A DNA stretch of 54,605 nucleotides. Source: Alphaproteobacteria bacterium. Its GTDB lineage: Bacteria > Pseudomonadota > Alphaproteobacteria > SMXP01. The notes under the pieces were generated by a model that saw only the letters and a list, made by a program, of their open reading frames with translations, had not been told where the DNA came from and ran no database searches. Positions 35,134 to 44,518 of the stretch are shown here, piece after piece. Numbering within the stretch: position 1 is the first letter of the stretch; the number at the start of each line of letters is the position of its first letter. The stretch is from assembly GCA_021774915.1 (NCBI GenBank), contig JAJFIO010000054.1, forward strand, positions 1-54,605. The letters are read 5' to 3'. The position numbers were made by a program, and so were the translations under genes.

Positions 35134-37992
35134 GTGACACCTCAACCTCTCAAAAAGGGCGACCATCTCTATCTGGTGGATGGATCAACCTTTATTTTTC
35201 GCGCCTACCACGCCCTGCCGCCCCTGACCCGCAAGAGTGACGGCCTTCCCGTGGGCGCGATAAGCGGCTTTTGCAATATGCTCTACAAGCTGCTCAATGA
35301 GACAAGGCGGGAAAATACACTCACGCATCTGGCGGTCATTTTAGATCACCCTGGAAAATCATTCCGTAATGATATTTATACTGAGTATAAAGCACACCGC
35401 CCCCCTGCGCCTGAAGATCTTGTCCCTCAGTTTCCTCTCATTCGCGATGCCGTCCGCGCTTTCAATGTGGCGTGTGTTGAAATGCCCAATTATGAAGCGG
35501 ATGATCTCATCGCAACTTATGCAGTTCAGGCGGCCGCATGCGGCGCCAGAGTGACCATCGTTTCATCGGACAAGGACCTTATGCAACTCGTCAATGGCCG
35601 GATTGACATGCTGGACACCATGAAAAACCGCGCCATCGGCCACGATGAGGTGAAAGAGAAGTTTGGTGTCGAGCCGAATAAAGTGATCGACGTTCAGGCT
35701 TTGGCGGGAGATTCGGTCGATAACATACCCGGCGTACCGGGCATTGGCGTCAAAACTGCCGCCGAATTGATCAACACCTATGGCGACCTTGATACGGTGT
35801 TGAAGCGGGCGGAAGAAATCAAGCAAACCAAAAGGCGTGAACGACTGATTGAATATGCGGATATGGCGCGTCTGAGCCGGGAGTTGGTCACACTCAAACA
35901 GGATGTTCAGGTTGAAACCCCACTCGACGATTTTGCAATTACACAGCCGGAACCCGAAGCACTGCTCGGCTTTTTGCGCGATATGGAATTTAATACGCTG
36001 ACGCGCCGCGTCGCCGCCGCCATGAAGGTGGACGACATTGACGCCTTTGTCCCGCCAAAACAAAAACTCCCCTCTGGCTCACAGCCCGACAAATCAGGGG
36101 ATGCGCAAAGCGCCCCTTCCGCACCCTGCGCAGAGATCGATGTATCGGCCTATGAGACCGTGACCAGTATCGAACGCCTCGAGGCATGGATCATCGATGC
36201 CAGCGAAGCCGGTCACGTCACCATCGATACAGAAACAACGTCGCTGGACACGATGCGCGCTGAACTGGTCGGGATCTCTTTGTCCATTATCCCTGGCGCG
36301 GCCTGTTATATCCCGCTTACCCACGGGAAAGAGCAAGACCTCGCACTGGATATGGGTGACACGCCAGCGCCGCCCGAACAACTGCCCATGGACCTGGTCC
36401 TGGATCGCTTGAAACCCTTGCTGGAAGATCCCAGTGTCCTCAAAATCGGCCAAAACATTAAATATGACTTTGTGATTCTGGCGCGACGCGGTATCCGTCT
36501 TGCGCCCATAGACGACACCATGTTGCTCTCTTATGCGCTGGATGCTGGCCTGCACAGCCATGGCATGGATATGCTCTCAGAGATTTTTCTGGGCCATAAG
36601 CCGATCCCGTTCAAGCAGATCGCCGGCACAGGCAAAAAACAAATCACCTTTGACCGCGTTCCCATTGACAAAGCGACCGAGTACGCCGCTGAAGATGCCG
36701 ACATCACGGGACGGCTGCACCGGATTTTGAAACCACGTCTTAGTCTTGAGAACCGTGCAACGGTCTATGAAACGCTGGAGCGACCTCTTGTCCCCGTCTT
36801 GGCGGATATGGAAATGGCAGGCATCAAGGTAGACCGCGCCACATTGGCGCGCTTATCTCATCAATTTGCCGAACGCATGGGGGAGCTGGAAGCCCAAGCT
36901 CAAAATCAAGCAGGTGAAAAGTTCAATCTTGGCTCGCCCAAACAGCTGGGCGAGATATTGTTCGAGAAAATGGACATGCCAAGCGCCAAAAAAACCAAGA
37001 CGGGGGCCTATGCCACCGGCGCCGATGTGCTGGAGGCGCTTTCAGCCCAAGGCCATGAACTACCGACAACAGTGTTGGAATGGCGGCAATTGTCCAAACT
37101 AAAAAGCACATATACCGATGCTCTGGCCGGGTCTATTAATCCGCAAACGGAACGCATACATACTTCCTTTTCTCTAGCCGCCACATCCACGGGCAGGCTT
37201 GCCTCCAGCGACCCCAATCTCCAGAACATTCCTATACGGACAGAAGAAGGCAGGCAAATCCGCACCGCTTTTATCGCTGAAAAAGGGCATAGGCTCATCA
37301 GCGCCGATTACAGCCAGATTGAGCTCAGGCTGCTTGCCCATATCGCCGATATTAACAGTCTCAAACAAGCCTTCCACGAGGGCCTCGATATCCACGCCAT
37401 GACCGCTAGCGAAATCTTCCAGGTCCCCGTCAAAGGCATGGACCCGATGATCCGCCGCAAGGCTAAGGCCATCAATTTCGGGATCGTATACGGGATCTCC
37501 GCTTTCGGATTGGCCAACCAATTGGGCATTTCACGCGGCGAGGCGCAAAACTATATCACGTCATATTTTGAGCGTTTCCCGGGCATCCAGGCCTACATGG
37601 AAGACACCAAAGCGTTTTGCCGGGAACATGGATATGTATCGACATTGTTTGGCCGCCGCATCCATCTACCTGAAATCAAATCGAAAAATGCCGCCCGGCG
37701 GGCCTTCGTGGAACGCGCAGCCATCAATGCGCCCATCCAGGGCGCCGCGGCTGATATCATCCGGCGGGCCATGATCCGCATCCCGAATGCGCTGTCTCAG
37801 GCCAGGCTTGACGCCAGGATGCTGCTTCAGGTTCATGACGAGTTGATTTTTGAAGCGCCCGCACCCCAGGTTGATAAAACGGCGAAAACCGTCGCTGAGG
37901 TGATGATACAGGCCGTGCGCCCCGCCCTGGAGCTCAGCGTGCCACTGGTCGTGGACACGGGAGACGGAAAGGATTGGGCAGAGGCTCATTGA
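35134..37992 (+). CDS. polA: DNA polymerase I
   Basis: 5'-3' exonuclease N-terminus (LYLVDGSTFIFRAYHALP), a 3'-5' exonuclease domain, and polymerase motifs DYSQIELR, RRKAKAINFGIVYGIS and QVHDELIFE. Confidence 0.95.
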   Translation: MTPQPLKKGDHLYLVDGSTFIFRAYHALPPLTRKSDGLPVGAISGFCNMLYKLLNETRRENTLTHLAVILDHPGKSFRNDIYTEYKAHRPPAPEDLVPQFPLIRDAVRAFNVACVEMPNYEADDLIATYAVQAAACGARVTIVSSDKDLMQLVNGRIDMLDTMKNRAIGHDEVKEKFGVEPNKVIDVQALAGDSVDNIPGVPGIGVKTAAELINTYGDLDTVLKRAEEIKQTKRRERLIEYADMARLSRELVTLKQDVQVETPLDDFAITQPEPEALLGFLRDMEFNTLTRRVAAAMKVDDIDAFVPPKQKLPSGSQPDKSGDAQSAPSAPCAEIDVSAYETVTSIERLEAWIIDASEAGHVTIDTETTSLDTMRAELVGISLSIIPGAACYIPLTHGKEQDLALDMGDTPAPPEQLPMDLVLDRLKPLLEDPSVLKIGQNIKYDFVILARRGIRLAPIDDTMLLSYALDAGLHSHGMDMLSEIFLGHKPIPFKQIAGTGKKQITFDRVPIDKATEYAAEDADITGRLHRILKPRLSLENRATVYETLERPLVPVLADMEMAGIKVDRATLARLSHQFAERMGELEAQAQNQAGEKFNLGSPKQLGEILFEKMDMPSAKKTKTGAYATGADVLEALSAQGHELPTTVLEWRQLSKLKSTYTDALAGSINPQTERIHTSFSLAATSTGRLASSDPNLQNIPIRTEEGRQIRTAFIAEKGHRLISADYSQIELRLLAHIADINSLKQAFHEGLDIHAMTASEIFQVPVKGMDPMIRRKAKAINFGIVYGISAFGLANQLGISRGEAQNYITSYFERFPGIQAYMEDTKAFCREHGYVSTLFGRRIHLPEIKSKNAARRAFVERAAINAPIQGAAADIIRRAMIRIPNALSQARLDARMLLQVHDELIFEAPAPQVDKTAKTVAEVMIQAVRPALELSVPLVVDTGDGKDWAEAH

Positions 37993-38103
37993 CGCTTAAA
38001 AAGTGAAGATTTATCGTAAGTTTTATTAACTCTTCTTCATACTTCTTAAAAAGAATGAAGGAATGGCCTCCTACTCTTCTCGAAGTTAAGTAGGAGTAGG
38101 CGG

Positions 38104-38613
38104 ATGCGGTATTTCCTGTGTGGCGCGGTTTTGTTCTCTTTAGGGTGTGGATTTTCACCTGGCGCGCTATCAGAACCGACAACTCAATCCGTAATTGCCT
38201 GCCGTGATTGTATCGCCTCATTGACGATGGCGGCGGCAGCCTCAAAAGCCGCTTTTATCCCCACGGACCACAAGGACAAGGAACGAACCCAACCAGGTTT
38301 TTACATCTTTGCTTCAACGCCAGCCTGCATCGGACCTTGCGGAACCGATGAAACGATCGCGGGCGGCGATCTGTTGAGCGACCCCCAAGAAGATCTGAGC
38401 TCATGGGGGCAGCGTGACCGAAAGGGACCCCAGGCTATCGCGCTGCCGGACCAGGCGTCGTTTGACATCTCAACACCCGGCATGAGCACCTTCTGGCAGG
38501 ATCCGGGGCAAGAAGACCAGTATTGGGAAATTGGAGGCATGGCATTTTCCGGCGCCGAGACTGATTTCCGCACCCTCACGGCAGGGATAAAATGGGTGTT
38601 ACCGCTTAAATAA
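38104..38613 (+). CDS. hypothetical lipoprotein
   Basis: Signal peptide with a lipobox-like LFSLGCG. No recognisable domain. Confidence 0.4.
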   Translation: MRYFLCGAVLFSLGCGFSPGALSEPTTQSVIACRDCIASLTMAAAASKAAFIPTDHKDKERTQPGFYIFASTPACIGPCGTDETIAGGDLLSDPQEDLSSWGQRDRKGPQAIALPDQASFDISTPGMSTFWQDPGQEDQYWEIGGMAFSGAETDFRTLTAGIKWVLPLK

Positions 38614-38632
38614 AAGAGGCGCCATCGGCTTG

Positions 38633-40363
38633 TCACGCAGCATTTGGATTCAGCAGCTCTTCAACGCCTGTTTTTTCCAAGAGCGCTTTCAACTCGTGAA
38701 AATTTACTTTATTAGTTTCTGCCTCAGGTGATCCACCTTCGATAGTGCTGGTGATCCCATCTGAAAATTCAGGCATTTGAACATATTTGATAATTTGCCG
38801 CTTGGCTTGCAAATCGCATTCCCCTATAGGCAAGACACTGTTTGCGCAGAGTCGAAGAAGGGCGATAGCCTTTTGCGCCGGCGATATTTTCTGCCGGTCG
38901 ATATTCTGAAAAAGGGTTGCTTCGTCAATCACCCGCAGCGCCAGCACATCAATGGCGCTTGAAATTTCTTGTTTGTTTTCTGTCTGAAATCCAGTTTCGG
39001 CAATCCACATCTGCATTTCTGTTATCGCTGCCAGTCTTTTGAGGACAGGCGTCTTGCCATCCAGAAAATACACTTGCATCTGATGAGAAGTGACAGTGCC
39101 GAAAACATAAGTGGCTAAGGTTCTTTTGTTTTCGATACCAACGATATTTTCCTCCAAGGCCAGAAATTTGGACACTTTGTCGCGAGGTGACTTCGTTTCT
39201 TGCAGAAATTCATCAACAGATTCTGGCGACACCAATCGTTTTGACCGTACATTGAATGTCTCGGCAAGATCATCGGCGGGAAGCATCGGCCCCTGACCCA
39301 TCACGAGCAGATTAGCCAGTTTGCGCACGAGTTTCACTTCATCATCCAGCGATTCCGGATTCAGCCGCTTCACACCCTTGATCTCAGTCATGATTCGCCG
39401 TGCAATGGCGGCTTTTGAATTCACCAGCTTTCCTTGAGCGAATTGCTGACTCACAATACGCACACCAGACGGCGTATTCTCAGATAGCTTATCTTCTCGC
39501 CCGAGAAACAAATATGTCATCATCAGCAAAGAAGCGCCAAGATTAGGCTGGTGGCCCAATAGATCTGACATTGCTGCTCTACCACCGAGCATTTCCGCCA
39601 CAAAATGATCAATAACGCTCAAGCACAGGTCGCGGTCTTTCCCCTTCTCAGGCAAAGCCTCCAACAGGCTCAACAGGGCGCCGAGCTTCTGATCCCAGTC
39701 TGGAGCATTCGAAATAAAAACAGCCACACTTCCACTCAAACAATATTCCGCATTGCCCTTCGCGATTAACGCTCTGGCCACACTGCCAAAGGAGGAAACT
39801 GTGATTTTAGGAAAACTGTCAGAACGGTCACAGCGGTAAAGCATCTCAATGGCCTTTTGGACCAGATCATTGAGTTTTCGCACCACATCATGAATCGGTT
39901 CATTGTTTTCACCGGCATGCGCAATGGCATATTTTTGAACTGCATGTTGAAGCTCCGTCCCCGTGGCCTCCAATTGCTCGATCAGATCGGCGCGATGCAT
40001 CAATTCCAGGACAGTCACTTTGTTGCGGTTTAAATAATCTTCAAGGAGACGCGCAATCGTGGCTCTGGCATGATAGGAATAAAGGTCTTCAGGTTTAAAA
40101 CATGGGAGTTCGGCTTCCTTCTTGACCACTTTTTCACGGGTGGACGCATCTTTGCCTTGCTCATAAACAACTAGAGACAAATATTCTCCCGTCTCTTCTT
40201 GATGCGTTTCCTTCATGACGCGAATATTCATGCTGGCGCTTTGGGCGATCAGTTCATCGGCCGCTTTAATCGCGCTCGCACGGCTCTCAAAAGCATCGGC
40301 CAGCGCCCAGGCGCCTTTGGGCCCGCGCTTTGTGAACAATTCGTAATGGATTTGATTCGCCAT
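38633..40363 (-). CDS. hypothetical protein (576 aa), no motif recognised
   Basis: Long uninterrupted ORF. The start is taken at MANQIHYELF (ATG 40363); the track ORF extends to 40492. It is divergent from chvI. Confidence 0.55.
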   Translation of the reverse strand: MANQIHYELFTKRGPKGAWALADAFESRASAIKAADELIAQSASMNIRVMKETHQEETGEYLSLVVYEQGKDASTREKVVKKEAELPCFKPEDLYSYHARATIARLLEDYLNRNKVTVLELMHRADLIEQLEATGTELQHAVQKYAIAHAGENNEPIHDVVRKLNDLVQKAIEMLYRCDRSDSFPKITVSSFGSVARALIAKGNAEYCLSGSVAVFISNAPDWDQKLGALLSLLEALPEKGKDRDLCLSVIDHFVAEMLGGRAAMSDLLGHQPNLGASLLMMTYLFLGREDKLSENTPSGVRIVSQQFAQGKLVNSKAAIARRIMTEIKGVKRLNPESLDDEVKLVRKLANLLVMGQGPMLPADDLAETFNVRSKRLVSPESVDEFLQETKSPRDKVSKFLALEENIVGIENKRTLATYVFGTVTSHQMQVYFLDGKTPVLKRLAAITEMQMWIAETGFQTENKQEISSAIDVLALRVIDEATLFQNIDRQKISPAQKAIALLRLCANSVLPIGECDLQAKRQIIKYVQMPEFSDGITSTIEGGSPEAETNKVNFHELKALLEKTGVEELLNPNAA

Positions 40364-40727
40364 AACCAGGTGGTGCCGCTCTGCCGATTTCGCGCGGGGG
40401 GTCTCTAGGCATTTCACTATTAGAGAACATCCGCAGAATACTGACCGGAACTCTAATGGATGAACCTTAAAAGTCTTTAAAGCCAAGCCCATCTGATACC
40501 GTCTGCCGGGTCCCCTCGCCTCAATTTGGGTCGGGGTGCAGCAATCCCTAAGGCGCCTCAGACGCCAGATTTTGACTGGCCACTACCGATCCTCTTGCCG
40601 TCCTCGCGAAGGGCCGTTTGAACAGCAACACACCCCTATCAGAGCCATGCATTGGCTAATACGCTTCATGTGTTACACTGCCTCCCGAAGAAACAGGCAC
40701 GATGAAGCAAAAGGATAGGCTTGCCAG

Positions 40728-41429
40728 ATGGCTACCATTGCACTTGTGGATGACGATCAGAACATCCTGACCTCAGTGAGCATTTTGCTCGAAAACGAAG
40801 GATACAATATCCGCACGTACAATGATGGCGCGGCGGCGTTGACTGCACTCACGGCAGAGCCCCCGGATCTGGCCATTTTCGATATCAAAATGCCTCGTAT
40901 GGACGGTATGGAATTGTTGCGACGCCTACGACAGCAATCATCCCTGCCGGTGATCTTTTTAACTTCAAAAGATGAAGAAATCGACGAAGTCCTGGGGCTT
41001 CATATGGGAGCCGATGACTTTATCCGTAAGCCTTTCTCTCAACGGCTGCTTCTGGAGCGGGTCCGGGCGATATTGCGCCGGGGGGAGATTGTCAATGCGT
41101 CCGAGGATGGCGCGGAGGGCGGTGCAGATGTCATTGCGAGAGGCAAACTCACTCTTGACCCCCTGCGCCATGCCTGCTCGTGGGAAGGAAAGCCTGTCAC
41201 CTTGACCGTCACGGAGTTTCTTATCCTGCAGGCTCTGGCGCAACGGCCCGGCTATGTGAAAAGCCGGGACCAATTGATGGATGCGGCTTATGATGATCAA
41301 ATTTATGTTGATGATCGCACCATCGACAGCCATATCAAACGGCTTCGCAAGAAATTCAAGGCCATCGACAACGATTATGATTCAATCGAAACACTCTATG
41401 GGGTGGGCTATCGCTATCGTGAAGCATAA
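40728..41429 (+). CDS. chvI: OmpR-family response regulator (ChvI/BvrR-like)
   Basis: Receiver domain ([20 protein letters not shown]) plus a winged-helix domain ([11 protein letters not shown]...[17 protein letters not shown]...TLYGVGYRY). Synteny with chvG-hprK. Confidence 0.8.
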   Translation: MATIALVDDDQNILTSVSILLENEGYNIRTYNDGAAALTALTAEPPDLAIFDIKMPRMDGMELLRRLRQQSSLPVIFLTSKDEEIDEVLGLHMGADDFIRKPFSQRLLLERVRAILRRGEIVNASEDGAEGGADVIARGKLTLDPLRHACSWEGKPVTLTVTEFLILQALAQRPGYVKSRDQLMDAAYDDQIYVDDRTIDSHIKRLRKKFKAIDNDYDSIETLYGVGYRYREA

Positions 41430-41446
41430 AAGTCTGGAGAGACTGT

Positions 41447-43168
41447 TTGTCCAGCGTACAACGCAAGGATGAGTTTCCACCATCCACCACGGGACGCCAC
41501 CGGAATCGGATTCCCATACCTGCGCTCTTTGCGAATCTGAGAGAGATTGTGCACATCTGGCTCGGTCGCCTTGGCGGCAGGCGCAGGCGCACCTCCGTGC
41601 TGACACGGCGCATTGTTCTCATCAACTTGATCGGACTGATGGTCCTGATGGGCGGCACGCTCTTTCTCAATCAGCGCAGCCAAAATCTGATTGATGCTCA
41701 CCGCCGATCCCTGGAAACGCAGTCGCGGACCCTTGCCAATGCCCTGGCTGAAACCGCTGTCATCGACGTGAATGGCGACCCGATATTGGATCGGGGCCGC
41801 GTCGTACCCATTTTACGGCGTCTCGTAGATTCCTCAGTCACCCATGCCATGCTGTATAACGACCATGGCGAGCTGATTGCCGATTCCAACCTGATCCAAG
41901 ACATCATCGTGACACGCGAACTGGCGCCCCCTGGGGAAGGACCCTCCTCCTGGTATGTCTTTCAGGGTCTCTACGATTTATTTGAAGATTTTCTGGCCGG
42001 CACCGCTTCCTATCCGAACTCAGGTGATCAGGGGTCAAATGTACGCCTCGCGATAGACTCTGGCCTGAGAGGCGAGGCGTATTATGCTGCTCACCGTGAC
42101 GGGCAAGGAAATTTGATCGTCGGCGTGGCGGTCCCCGTCCAATCCTTACAAAAAGTACTCGGCGTCCTCCTTTTGCAAGTGTCCGATATTGATGAAGCGA
42201 TTCGAGCCGAGCGTTCTAATATTCTGCGTATTTTCGCTGTGGCTATGATTGTTTCAGTTCTTTCTTCCATATTTTTAGCGCGCACCATTGCCCGGCCCGT
42301 GCGTCAATTGGCGGCAGCGGCCGATGTCGTCCGGTTCGCCAAATCAGGCCGACAGGAAATCCCCACCTTTCTGCACAGAAATGATGAGATCGGCGATCTC
42401 TCCGCCTCCATAAGGGCCATGACGGTCGCCCTATATGACCGGATTGGCGCCATTGAAGCTTTTGCTGCCGATGTCGCGCATGAAATCAAAAACCCGCTCA
42501 CATCCTTACGCAGTGCGGCGGAAACATTTGAGATCGCCAAAACCGATGATGCCCGTCACAGACTGCTCGGCGTGATCAAAGATGATGTATCCCGCATAGA
42601 TCGTCTCATCAGCGATATTTCCAATGCCTCGCGTCTAGATGCCGAATTGGCGCGAACCGAAACTAAGCCCGTTGATATCGGAACGCTTCTCAAAACACTG
42701 AAAGATGTTTATGACGCCACAAAAAAAGATGATGCCCCGGACATCATATTAAACGCTGAAACTCCCCCTCATAACGAGGCGGGGCTTCAGGTTTCCGGTC
42801 TGCAAAGCAGCCTTGGCCAGGTGTTTCGCAATCTTATCGACAACGCCATTTCATTCAGTCCGCCAAAGGGCCGGATATTTGTCACGGCCAAGAGAATCGA
42901 AGACAAATCCCGCCCCAGCGTGGTAATCACCGTCGAAGATGAGGGTCCTGGAATCCCTGAGGAAAATCTGGAAAATATTTTTCAACGGTTTTATACGCAG
43001 CGCCCGGAGGGCGCCGCTTTTGGCACGCATTCCGGATTGGGTTTGAGCATCACGCGTCAAATTGTGGAGGCCCATGGCGGAACCATCACGGCAGAAAACC
43101 GGCTGGAAAGGAGCACCTCCGGGAAAGTTACAGGCGCCCGGTTTGCGATTGTGCTTCCAGCGAGGTAA
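41447..43168 (+). CDS. chvG: sensor histidine kinase (ChvG/ExoS/BvrS-like)
   Basis: Two TM segments, a HAMP-like region, H-box FAADVAHEIKNPLTSL, and N/G boxes (NLIDNAISF, DEGPGIP, GLGLSI). Confidence 0.8.
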   Translation: MSSVQRKDEFPPSTTGRHRNRIPIPALFANLREIVHIWLGRLGGRRRRTSVLTRRIVLINLIGLMVLMGGTLFLNQRSQNLIDAHRRSLETQSRTLANALAETAVIDVNGDPILDRGRVVPILRRLVDSSVTHAMLYNDHGELIADSNLIQDIIVTRELAPPGEGPSSWYVFQGLYDLFEDFLAGTASYPNSGDQGSNVRLAIDSGLRGEAYYAAHRDGQGNLIVGVAVPVQSLQKVLGVLLLQVSDIDEAIRAERSNILRIFAVAMIVSVLSSIFLARTIARPVRQLAAAADVVRFAKSGRQEIPTFLHRNDEIGDLSASIRAMTVALYDRIGAIEAFAADVAHEIKNPLTSLRSAAETFEIAKTDDARHRLLGVIKDDVSRIDRLISDISNASRLDAELARTETKPVDIGTLLKTLKDVYDATKKDDAPDIILNAETPPHNEAGLQVSGLQSSLGQVFRNLIDNAISFSPPKGRIFVTAKRIEDKSRPSVVITVEDEGPGIPEENLENIFQRFYTQRPEGAAFGTHSGLGLSITRQIVEAHGGTITAENRLERSTSGKVTGARFAIVLPAR

Positions 43169-43173
43169 ACGGC

Positions 43174-43674
43174 ATGTCTCACCCCCCTTATCATGCAACC
43201 TGCCTGGCTTTGATCACGGATACCGAATCCTGGGGCGGAATTTTATTGCGCGGTGCTTCGGGAAGCGGCAAATCGGATCTGGCCTTGCGCCTACTCACCA
43301 GCCTGACGCCAGATTGCGCACGCCTGGTGGCGGATGATTATGTCGCATTGCAAAGAGGGACTGGGACCCTCCTGGCCTCAGCCCCCGCATCCATCGCCGG
43401 ACTACTGGAAGTTCGTGGCTTGGGGATCGTAACAATGGCGTGTCTGGAGGAGGTCCCTGTTGTTCTGGCATTTGATTTATCCGATTCCCTCCAGATTGAT
43501 CGCTTGCCTGATCCCTGTGATCTGGATCTTGGCGATCTCACGGCGGATCTTCATATTCCGGTCTATAGACTCAACCCGTTTCACCCTTCCGCCAGCGCGA
43601 AAGTAATCATGACATTCGCTGCAGTAACCGGGAAAAATCCACTAATTAGCTCCGAATTGGCTCACAAGGCTTAA
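43174..43674 (+). CDS. hprK: HPr kinase/phosphorylase, short alphaproteobacterial form (C-terminal domain only)
   Basis: Walker A GASGSGKSDLALRL and LEVRGLGIV. It is 166 aa and follows chvG. Confidence 0.8.
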   Translation: MSHPPYHATCLALITDTESWGGILLRGASGSGKSDLALRLLTSLTPDCARLVADDYVALQRGTGTLLASAPASIAGLLEVRGLGIVTMACLEEVPVVLAFDLSDSLQIDRLPDPCDLDLGDLTADLHIPVYRLNPFHPSASAKVIMTFAAVTGKNPLISSELAHKA

Positions 43675-43769
43675 AACAAAGGCAAAGTTCACGATTGCGA
43701 AGACCATAACGAACATGAGATAAGTAAAGAGCTTAAGTCCCCTAATCGCAAAAAGAGAAAAGAACGTAA

Positions 43770-44177
43770 ATGATTGGCCTTGTCTTGGTGACCCATGGAC
43801 GTCTGGCGGAAGAATTTATTTCCGCGACAGAACATGTGGTGGGCGCGCAAGAAGATATGCGCGCCATCTGTATCGGTCCTGATGACGACATGGAACAGCG
43901 ACGTGATGATATTCTCAATGCCGTAAGGGAAGTCGATTCCGGCAGCGGTGTGATCGTACTTACCGATATGTTCGGTGGGACGCCATCCAATTTATCCATT
44001 TCTATCATGGACAAAGCGAAGGTTGAAGTGATTGCCGGCATTAACCTGCCCATGCTGATCAGGTTGGCTGGATATCGAATTGAAGGCAGCTTGGATGAAG
44101 CCGTCGACCAGGCCCAGGAAGCGGGGCGCAAATATATCAGCATCGCTTCCAGGATTCTATCCGGAGAAGGGAAGTAA
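43770..44177 (+). CDS. PTS EIIA component, mannose family
   Basis: MIGLVLVTHGRLAEEF (phospho-His context) and DMFGGTPSN. Confidence 0.8.
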   Translation: MIGLVLVTHGRLAEEFISATEHVVGAQEDMRAICIGPDDDMEQRRDDILNAVREVDSGSGVIVLTDMFGGTPSNLSISIMDKAKVEVIAGINLPMLIRLAGYRIEGSLDEAVDQAQEAGRKYISIASRILSGEGK

Positions 44178-44221
44178 CTTATCCCTATGCGGATGATTAC
44201 TAAATCTCATGAGGCGGCAAA

Positions 44222-44518
44222 TTGAATCAGTATTCCCATTCATCGGCTCAATGCATAACCCGCGCGCTCACGATCGTGAATATCAAAGGCCTGCATGCGC
44301 GCGCAGCCGCCAAATTTGTTCAGTGCGCCGAAACTTTTAAGGCCCAGATAAGTGTATCGCGTGACGGGACGAGCGTAGACGGTTCGTCAATCATGGGCCT
44401 GCTGATGCTGGGAGCAAGCCTAGGTACAACAATCGACGTCGAGGCTTCCGGAGTGGAAGCGAAGGATGCACTGGAAGCGCTCAGCGCTTTGGTGGCGGCC
44501 AGATTCCATGAAGATTGA
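44222..44518 (+). CDS. ptsH: HPr-family phosphocarrier protein
   Basis: IVNIKGLHARAAAKFV (His site) and SVDGSSIMGLLMLGA (regulatory Ser context). The start codon is uncertain. Confidence 0.8.
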   Translation: MNQYSHSSAQCITRALTIVNIKGLHARAAAKFVQCAETFKAQISVSRDGTSVDGSSIMGLLMLGASLGTTIDVEASGVEAKDALEALSALVAARFHED

